Below are positions 17,549 to 23,637 of a DNA stretch of 24,476 nt, one piece after another (positions within the stretch are counted from its first letter, which is position 1; the number at the start of each line of letters is the position of its first letter). Below the pieces are notes generated by a model that had not been told where the DNA came from, made no database searches, and was given only the letters and a program-made list of their open reading frames with translations. The DNA is from an uncultured virus (IMG/VR IMGVR_UViG_3300046524_000154) (Duplodnaviria > Heunggongvirae > Uroviricota > Caudoviricetes): IMG/VR virus record IMGVR_UViG_3300046524_000154. The stretch is one strand, 5' to 3'. Both the position numbers and the translations under genes were made by a program.

Positions 17549-18231
17549 TGTGCGGCTCCCCGGATGGCGAGTGCGTCCTTGAAAATGTCCCAGCGCGAGT
17601 CGGCGTCGTCGTTGATCCAGCGCACGAGCAGATTGTCGCGCACCGAGAGCGCCATCCAGTCGGCGATCGCCTGTGACTGCTGGCTCGGCGTCAGATCGAG
17701 GAACGCCTTGCCGCGCCACGTGCGGTCTTCGACCGGTGTGTCTTTCAGGTCATGGATCGGCATCTTGGGCTTGGGCATCGGCGGGGGAGGCATCTTGACG
17801 CCCGACAGCGGCACGTGGCCGACTATCTCACGGTTCGGCAGGTGGGTGCCCATATGCCCGAAGCGCAATTTGCACGATTCCAGTGTCTTGCCGTCCTGAT
17901 CTGGCGCCTTGCAGGGGCTCGACGTGAACGAGTGATCCTTGACCTCAAAGTGAGTGCCGCTGCTCGGCTTGGCCTCCATCCGCCACGGCAGCGGCGCCAG
18001 CACGACCCGAGCGTGGACGATTCGCGCGTGCAGGTGGACGAAGGTGTCTTCCGCGTCGCTCAGCGCCTCGGCGAACGCTTCAGGGTGGCCGACGCGGGTG
18101 CCGAGAATACGCACGAGCGCGTCCTCCAGCTTCCTGACGTGGCGCTCGCGGCCCAGCGCCGACAGCGCAAACAGCACACCCAGCACTATCAGTGCAATAA
18201 ACAGCGCTTGCGCAGTGGTCTGCAGGTCCAT
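17545..18231 (-). CDS. Hypothetical protein with N-terminal transmembrane helix (228 aa)
   Basis: ATG at 18231 with GGAG RBS; ALFIALIVLGVLFALSAL hydrophobic segment; Pro-rich linker. Confidence 0.7.
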   Translation of the reverse strand: MDLQTTAQALFIALIVLGVLFALSALGRERHVRKLEDALVRILGTRVGHPEAFAEALSDAEDTFVHLHARIVHARVVLAPLPWRMEAKPSSGTHFEVKDHSFTSSPCKAPDQDGKTLESCKLRFGHMGTHLPNREIVGHVPLSGVKMPPPPMPKPKMPIHDLKDTPVEDRTWRGKAFLDLTPSQQSQAIADWMALSVRDNLLVRWINDDADSRWDIFKDALAIRGAAQ

Positions 18232-18319
18232 ATTGATCTCCGGGAGTTCTGGCAAATGGGCGCAGTCTACCGGGTTCTGACGCGGATAGTAAGGAGTGCT
18301 GAAGTCTGCTGAGTCAGTG

Positions 18320-18347
18320 ATTTGACATAATGCAAATTATCAACGGA
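18320..18347 (-). other. XerC/XerD dif-like recombination site
   Basis: 11-6-11 layout TCCGTTGATAA-TTTGCA-TTATGTCAAAT; XerD arm differs by one base from E. coli TTATGTTAAAT; intergenic next to rep. Confidence 0.85.
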
Positions 18348-18351
18348 ACTG

Positions 18352-18379
18352 AATTTCTGCAGTACTGAGGAAAACGCAA
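18352..18379 (-). promoter_or_regulatory. Second copy of the portal-promoter motif, upstream of the terL operon
   Basis: TTGCGTTTTCCTCAGTACTGCAGAAATT versus TTGCGTAGTCCTGAGTAATCAAGTAAATT. Confidence 0.4.
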
Positions 18380-18447
18380 CTAGCGGTCTGCCGGCCGTGC
18401 GCCGGCGCGGCTGACTGGTAGTTGCGTTTTAAGGCGGGCTTTGCAGA

Positions 18448-19329
18448 CTATCGGCGCCAGCGCGGGTCGGCGTCGATCTCTTTGAGCGTCCGGTTGATGA
18501 CGCTGACGTTGTACGCGGGCGGCGGGCCGATCGACCACGAGGCGATAAAGCCGACCTCCTGCAACTCGTCGAGCGCGCGCTTTAGCGATTGCCGCCAGGA
18601 CGCCATATTCGCGCGTTTGCTGCGGCACAGCCTGTGCAGAGTCTCCGCCTTGAACACCGCAGGCGCCTCGGTCGTGTCGTGCGTAGCGAAGAACCTGTGC
18701 AGCCAGTTTGCGAGCGGCGACATCTTCTGCTCGGCCGCCCACTTGATCAGCGTCGTCTCGCTACCTGTCAGCAGGTTCGCGAGTTCTAGGTTGAGCTTGA
18801 TGGTCCAATTCGTCTGCACCGAGTCGAGGCCGAGCGTGTTGGCCGCATCAGCCTTGACGGACCCGAAAAGGTGGGTGCCGTAGATCTGCGTGTAGTTCTT
18901 GGCGCCGGGCTTCCTGACTGACAGCCACACAGTGCCTTCAAGCATGCGCCGGTACGAGGACCGCAGGCGCTCATAGTCCTCCTGCGAGTCGCTCCACTTC
19001 AGGCCCGCGAGCGCCTGTGCGCCGGTGATGCGGATCTCGCTGCCGATGTTCTCATCGCGCGCCAGATGGCACAGCTGCATGAACACGGTGTGGTCGTCCT
19101 GATCCAGCTGCGCGCCGGTGTAACGGATCTCAATGCCGTCGACGGACGCGAGCAGCGCGTTGTCGTACTGCTCTCGATCCTTGCCCTTCTCCCGCAGCCC
19201 GAACAACGCCGTCCGTGCCAGGTTCTTGGACATCGCGCGTTTGTCCTCGCTCCACGACGGAGATAGCTTCAGCGACATCTGAGAGCGTTGTTCGAGCTTC
19301 TGTGCGATTTCAAGCGCTTTGATGGACAT
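18448..19329 (-). CDS. trfA: Plasmid replication initiator, TrfA family (293 aa)
   Basis: ATG at 19329 with GGAGG RBS; W...RAM...ARTALF, YTGAQL..DD..V..Q, SPLA.WL..FF.TH, ETL..LC.S and WR...AL.EL...G match the RK2 TrfA motifs I recall; adjacent iterons. Confidence 0.9.
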   Translation of the reverse strand: MSIKALEIAQKLEQRSQMSLKLSPSWSEDKRAMSKNLARTALFGLREKGKDREQYDNALLASVDGIEIRYTGAQLDQDDHTVFMQLCHLARDENIGSEIRITGAQALAGLKWSDSQEDYERLRSSYRRMLEGTVWLSVRKPGAKNYTQIYGTHLFGSVKADAANTLGLDSVQTNWTIKLNLELANLLTGSETTLIKWAAEQKMSPLANWLHRFFATHDTTEAPAVFKAETLHRLCRSKRANMASWRQSLKRALDELQEVGFIASWSIGPPPAYNVSVINRTLKEIDADPRWRR

Positions 19330-19376
19330 GGCTGGCAGGCCTCCGACTAGACCGGGAAACGGTAGCACGACACCTC

Positions 19377-19542
19377 TCCGGGGTATCGAATATCTTTCCG
19401 GGGTTTCGCATATATTTTCCGGGGTTTCGTATAGGGTTTCCGGTGTTTCGCATATTTCCCTCCGGGGTATCGAATATCGGCTCCGGGGTATCGCATAGGG
19501 TTTTCCGGTGTTTCGGATATGGTTTGCCGGGGTATCGTATAT
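19377..19542. repeat. Replication origin iterons: eight 17-bp direct repeats, consensus TCCGGKGTWTCGNATAK
   Basis: Starts at 19377, 19397, 19418, 19439, 19461, 19482, 19504, 19526 (20-22 bp period, about two helical turns). Confidence 0.93.
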
Positions 19543-19571
19543 GCGGTACCCGGAAAAACGCCAATCAAAAC

Positions 19572-19630
19572 AAAGGCTTATAGCACGTATCCACAAGCTA
19601 TAAGCCTTTCATAAGCCTTTATAATCCTAA
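19572..19630. promoter_or_regulatory. Origin accessory region: near-consensus DnaA box inside a 13-bp inverted repeat, plus AT-rich 10-mers
   Basis: AAAGGCTTATAGC / GCTATAAGCCTTT flank GTATCCACA (19587-19595); ATAAGCCTTT x2 and ATAATCCTAA. Confidence 0.65.
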
Positions 19631-19643
19631 AACCGTCAGCGCC

Positions 19644-19931
19644 CTACCCGTGGTGCTTCTTACGCCGCGCCAGCTCCGCGATCGTGCCGGCCACGATGAC
19701 GTCGGTCATGGGCACGTCCGTCAGCTTCCAGTAATCGCGCAGCTCGTCGTAGATCTCCTTGGGCATGTTCACGCTCATCGACTTGGTCGAGGCCTTCACC
19801 GGGAGCTTGAACTGAGCGGCGGCCGGTTGTGGGGCCGGCGCGGGTGCGTTCTCGGGCGTGGCGCCGGGCGCGTCAGCAGCCATCTTCGCCACGAAGTCCG
19901 GTACCGGCGCAAAGGATCGTTTCGCGTTCAT
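19644..19931 (-). CDS. Putative ribbon-helix-helix centromere-binding partition protein (ParG-like, 95 aa)
   Basis: ATGA overlap with parA stop; disordered N-terminus then SMSVNMPKEIYDELR...MTDVIVA RHH pattern. Confidence 0.75.
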   Translation of the reverse strand: MNAKRSFAPVPDFVAKMAADAPGATPENAPAPAPQPAAAQFKLPVKASTKSMSVNMPKEIYDELRDYWKLTDVPMTDVIVAGTIAELARRKKHHG

Positions 19932-20575
19932 TGAAAGACCCTCCCGTACAGTTCCTCGAACTCGTCCTGTGCGTGCGCCGTGTCGCGGTTGCGCGGCATC
20001 TCCAGCACGCCCTTCCCTTCGGACGCGGCCCACGAGAACGCGTTGCGCCTGGCCATCTTCACCGGCTCGTCGCCGAAAAATTCCTTCAGTCTCTCGAACT
20101 CGTCCTGCAGGCCCGCCGTCAATGTGCTGCGGTCGTCGGGCGAGATCTTGTTCATGACCGGGATGACGCGGAACGTCTTGCCCCCTGCCCTCATCTCGGC
20201 GATCACCTCCGACATCTTCTTCAGCGACCACACGTCGAACTGCCCGGCCTCGGCAGGGATGATCAGCACGTCGCACGCGCCGACCGCGTAGATCAGCTCG
20301 GGGGACTTCTTGCCGCCGACGTCGACGATCACCGTGTCGATAGCGTCACGCTCGGCGATCAGGTCGGAGTAGATGTTCCCCGTCATTTTGGACAGCAGGA
20401 TGTTCGGCTGGACGCCCTTCCCCCGGCGCAGCATTCCCCACATGTAGAGGTATTCGTCCGGGTCGGCGTCGATGGCCTTGACCGTGTGGCCGCGCGCGGC
20501 GTGGCCTGCGGCGAGGTTGGTGGATATGGTGGTCTTCCCCACTCCACCCTTGGTGTTGGCAACAGCTATGAGCAT
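19928..20575 (-). CDS. parA: ParA-family partition ATPase, short type Ib (215 aa)
   Basis: Deviant Walker A KGGVGKTT, IDADP, VIVDVG, VMNK; no N-terminal HTH; GGAG RBS. Confidence 0.95.
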   Translation of the reverse strand: MLIAVANTKGGVGKTTISTNLAAGHAARGHTVKAIDADPDEYLYMWGMLRRGKGVQPNILLSKMTGNIYSDLIAERDAIDTVIVDVGGKKSPELIYAVGACDVLIIPAEAGQFDVWSLKKMSEVIAEMRAGGKTFRVIPVMNKISPDDRSTLTAGLQDEFERLKEFFGDEPVKMARRNAFSWAASEGKGVLEMPRNRDTAHAQDEFEELYGRVFQ

Positions 20576-20648
20576 GGCAGGCTCCGTTAGCAGGGTTGTA
20601 GAGTACTACACCACTAACTATATGCCATTTGCCGTGTTAACGCACCTC

Positions 20649-20701
20649 TACATATGTGTATAGGCGCACATATGCACGTACATACGTATGGGCGCATATG
20701 T
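20649..20701. promoter_or_regulatory. Putative centromere/operator: clustered CATATG/CATACG palindromes upstream of parA
   Basis: CATATG at 20651, 20669, 20695 and CATACGTATG at 20681 in alternating purine-pyrimidine sequence. Confidence 0.5.
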
Positions 20702-21038
20702 CTCAGTGCATCAGGCAGTATGTGACCGCGACCAGAAGGTAGCCTGTACAGATAGCAGCGAGCATCGATTTACTCATGGGCCGACGTAAAGGCAGGTGTC
20801 CGAGCGGGTTGACGCGGCTATGGCAGCCACAAGGGCAGGGTGTAAGGGCGGGTTTGCGTGTGGACATGGCTGCACCTGCGGAAGTGGGATTCCGTGCGTT
20901 TTGGGGTGTTTACGTGCGGTTTCGCGGGCATATGGTGCACCGCACGTGCATTCTGACGTAAAAACGCGAGGTTATGGCCGAAACCGGGCGGCTTTACGCA
21001 GAAATAGTTGGATTTTGAATCGGCAGATCTGCGGTTAT

Positions 21039-21290
21039 TCAGGGCCACAGCGCGATGAGCGCGAGCAGGTCTTCCTTCGTGAAGTGCCCATCGAGCGTCA
21101 CTTCACCATCGTCCGCATCCCGCTCGCTCACATAGACGTTCAGCACGCCGGCTTCCTTGTCCCAGTCTACGTACGGGCTGGTCGTGCGTTGCTCGGCAGC
21201 CAGAATCTGCGCGACGGCAGCGGTGCGGGACATGCCGCCGAACATGTCGAGCTGCTCGGGCGCGGCGCGCTGGGCGAGTTTTCGACTCAC
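21039..21290 (-). CDS. Hypothetical protein with QLDMF beta-clamp-binding-like motif (83 aa)
   Basis: GTG start overlaps upstream stop (GTGA); phage-like codons. Confidence 0.7.
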   Translation of the reverse strand: MSRKLAQRAAPEQLDMFGGMSRTAAVAQILAAEQRTTSPYVDWDKEAGVLNVYVSERDADDGEVTLDGHFTKEDLLALIALWP

Positions 21291-21406
21291 AACCAGATGC
21301 CTGTGTAGGCGTACAGGCTGGCCCGTACGCGGCTGCGGTGGATGAAGTGATGGTACGAGAAGGCCAGCGCACGATCGGCGCGGGAAGGGCGGGGAAAGCG
21401 TCTCAT
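21287..21406 (-). CDS. 39-aa basic peptide MRRFPRPSRADRALAFSYHHFIHRSRVRASLYAYTGIWL
   Basis: Exactly bridges its neighbours through ATGA and GTGA overlaps. Confidence 0.6.
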   Translation of the reverse strand: MRRFPRPSRADRALAFSYHHFIHRSRVRASLYAYTGIWL

Positions 21407-21723
21407 TGGTCAGGCTCCGGTTCAGAAACAGACTTCAGCACCAGCCGGCGCCGCGTCGGGAAGGTGATCGGTGTGTCGGGGTCGCTCGGCATCGCTCGCG
21501 TCGTGCCCTTGTAGGTGGTCGACTGGAACGTGCCGAAGTTGCGGATGGTCACGCGCGTCGTGCGCGCGGCGGTCTTGATCTCTTCAAGCGCGATGATGAG
21601 CACCTTGCGCACGATCTCTTCGGGCACGTCCGTGCGCTCCGCGACGTTGCGCACGAGGAACACGGGCAGGCTGATCACGCCGACGGCGCGCTGAGGGTAC
21701 TTTCCTTTTTTCTTCTTGGTCAT
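21403..21723 (-). CDS. HU/IHF-family DNA-binding protein (106 aa)
   Basis: VAERTDVP helix, VTIRNFGTF, R..P.....ITFPTRR arm motif. Confidence 0.85.
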   Translation of the reverse strand: MTKKKKGKYPQRAVGVISLPVFLVRNVAERTDVPEEIVRKVLIIALEEIKTAARTTRVTIRNFGTFQSTTYKGTTRAMPSDPDTPITFPTRRRLVLKSVSEPEPDQ

Positions 21724-22205
21724 GTTCTGTAGTCTGGCTGGATGTCGGTGATGATCACCACATCGTCAGGGCCGCGCGCCGCGACGCATATGCCGTCCTC
21801 GTTGTCGAGGATCTTGACGGGGATGCCGTTGCGTGTCGCTGCGACAAGCTCGCGGCCGAGCGAAACCTGCTCGCGCAGGTGACGTTGCAGATCCCACACG
21901 CCCCCGATGATCTTCAGGTTGTACTCGGCGTCCCGCAACCGGCCCCTGAGCCGCAGCTCCCAGCGCGTCTTGAGGGGGTCACTCATCGTCTGCTCGCGTA
22001 CTGCAGCGCTATCAAACACCCACTTGCAGGGCGGCTGCGCGTATTCACGCATCTTCACGCGGTATGTGCCGTTGATCCAGCCATATCTCGGCAACGGTTC
22101 GTGACGCTCCTGCCACGGCTCGAAGCTGGGGTCGATCGTCGGTACAGTGCCGCGATCTCGCTCCACGTAGTTGTCCCGCTGCGCGTCGGTGTATGGGTGG
22201 CTCAA
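21720..22205 (-). CDS. Hypothetical protein (161 aa), C-half paralogous to the upstream gene
   Basis: TTG start with GGGAG RBS and TTGA overlap; DLQRHLRE...GRELVAATRNGIPVKI. Confidence 0.7.
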   Translation of the reverse strand: MSHPYTDAQRDNYVERDRGTVPTIDPSFEPWQERHEPLPRYGWINGTYRVKMREYAQPPCKWVFDSAAVREQTMSDPLKTRWELRLRGRLRDAEYNLKIIGGVWDLQRHLREQVSLGRELVAATRNGIPVKILDNEDGICVAARGPDDVVIITDIQPDYRT

Positions 22206-22474
22206 GACTCACTCCCTGACTCTTGCGTAACAGCAGCGACATTGGTGCGCTGGCCGTCGCTGAAAATCTTGACCGGCTTGCCGTCACGGAATGCGTGAGC
22301 GAGTGTGCGGCCTTCGTCGGCGTTCTCGCGTAGGTGTCGCTGCAGGTCGAACAGCGAGCCGTTGAACTGGATCGTCCAGAGGTCCGTAAAGCATAGGCGG
22401 TAGTGGGGCCACGTGGGCATACCGACGCGTCCTACGCAGTCGTCAAAGGGTCGTTTGGTGGATGGGTCGCTCAT
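22202..22474 (-). CDS. Hypothetical protein (90 aa)
   Basis: ATG at 22474 with AAGGAGG RBS and ATGA overlap; DLQRHLRE...GRTLAHAFRDGKPVKI. Confidence 0.75.
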   Translation of the reverse strand: MSDPSTKRPFDDCVGRVGMPTWPHYRLCFTDLWTIQFNGSLFDLQRHLRENADEGRTLAHAFRDGKPVKIFSDGQRTNVAAVTQESGSES

Positions 22475-22794
22475 ATTCCTGCCTCCTTTATGACGACGGG
22501 TGCGGGGTTGATGAGCGGGCTCCACGTGCCCTGCAGACGGCGAAAGAACGCGTCACCGAGCAGGAGGCGGTAGTGGTTCGAGGCTTGGTGCACCCACGCG
22601 GCGTTGCGGCCGGCGTGATGGTCCATAGCGGCCTGCCATGCCTCGCGTGGGCCTTTGTCGAGGTCTGCGCGGGTGTGCTGCTCCATGTCGGGGTTAATCA
22701 CGCGGTTAGGGCCGTCGCCGCCGCACCAGTCGCATCGTCCGTCGATGAGGGTCGCGAGGCAGTCCGGGCAGCAGTTTTCTGGTACGTCGCTCAT
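22471..22794 (-). CDS. Hypothetical Zn-ribbon protein (107 aa)
   Basis: ATG at 22794 with AGGAG RBS and ATGA overlap; CPDC...CDWC. Confidence 0.72.
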   Translation of the reverse strand: MSDVPENCCPDCLATLIDGRCDWCGGDGPNRVINPDMEQHTRADLDKGPREAWQAAMDHHAGRNAAWVHQASNHYRLLLGDAFFRRLQGTWSPLINPAPVVIKEAGI

Positions 22795-23237
22795 GCGCCA
22801 CTCCTGATCATGCGCTGGAACGTCTCGCGCCACTGGGCCAGCAGCGACTCACCGTCGGCATGACCATGCAGCGTCGTCGTGAGCGCCTTCTCCAGCGCGC
22901 GGATACGGTTGATGTTGTAGGTCTTCGCCTGCAGGTCCGTGAGCTGGCGTATGGCCCCCGAGACGGCCTTGATGGCACCGGTCTTCTGTGTGGTATTGGC
23001 GCGGCCGACGAGCACCTCAGTCATCAGGTATTGCGCGGCACGCAGCTGCTCGGCGATTTCCTGTTCGAGGTTGATGTCCTCGACGTTCACCTGCGCCATG
23101 CTGCGCACCGCCATGAGCACCAGCAGCTGGTCCTCGGCGGAGAGTTCGCGGATCTGGTCGATGACCTCTTTTGCCCGCGAATCGGCGCGGTGCATCTGTG
23201 GTTCTTCATCGAACAGGTTGTCGTCATTGTATTTCAT
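22791..23237 (-). CDS. Helical protein, possible terminase small subunit (148 aa)
   Basis: Coding is likely; function inferred from size, coiled-coil pattern, first position in the leftward unit next to the candidate cos, and no other TerS candidate beside terL. Confidence 0.45.
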   Translation of the reverse strand: MKYNDDNLFDEEPQMHRADSRAKEVIDQIRELSAEDQLLVLMAVRSMAQVNVEDINLEQEIAEQLRAAQYLMTEVLVGRANTTQKTGAIKAVSGAIRQLTDLQAKTYNINRIRALEKALTTTLHGHADGESLLAQWRETFQRMIRSGA

Positions 23238-23244
23238 GGTTGAG

Positions 23245-23273
23245 AGGGTAGATATCTGGGGACTGATTGTCAA
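23245..23273 (-). promoter_or_regulatory. Putative leftward promoter TTGACA-17-TACCCT
   Basis: Perfect -35, 17-bp spacer, -10 with conserved TA...T, 7 nt before ATG 23237. Confidence 0.55.
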
Positions 23274-23330
23274 GTGTAATGGAGTTGTAAGGCATCGATT
23301 TCGAACTAGAAGGAAAATTTTCGAGGGGGG

Positions 23331-23359
23331 AGGTTACGGGGGCGCGCGTCGCTGCGGGG
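23331..23359. other. Candidate cos / genome terminus
   Basis: AGGTTACGGGG matches the lambda cosN junction as I recall it; lies at the strand switch; GpA-like terminase. Confidence 0.3.
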
Positions 23360-23637
23360 AATAACGCCAGGGTACTCCACGCGGTGCGCGCGTGCCGATC
23401 GGCGATATTGAAAGCGTAGAGGTGCGGCGCTTCAATGGTCCGCTTAGCTCGCTACACGACATTACGCCTATAATGTCGTTTAGAGTGTTTCCTCTACAAA
23501 ACTATAGGTATATCCGCACCTAAAACTAACAATGTGCTATTATTCGTGCTGTAGTACTTGTGTTGTGTAGTTCGGTAGTGCAGCGCCATAAGGCGCGACG
23601 CCTTGGGGACGTTTCCCCTAATGCCTGGAGTCTCACC

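Noticed and set aside
17545..18231. Membrane protein as holin, spanin or TerS
   Set aside because: No endolysin or lipobox partner nearby, and an N-terminal TM helix is atypical of TerS; left as hypothetical.
19377..19542. Repeat array as CRISPR, or as the coding N-terminus of Rep (ORF from 19596)
   Set aside because: Spacers are only 3-5 bp and no cas genes are present; the period fits iterons, and the good RBS and TrfA similarity start at 19329.
20010..21389. KOPS-like GGGNAGGG octamers oriented toward the dif-like site
   Set aside because: Three copies in parA point toward the site but those at 20833 and 21382 point away; no consistent polarity.
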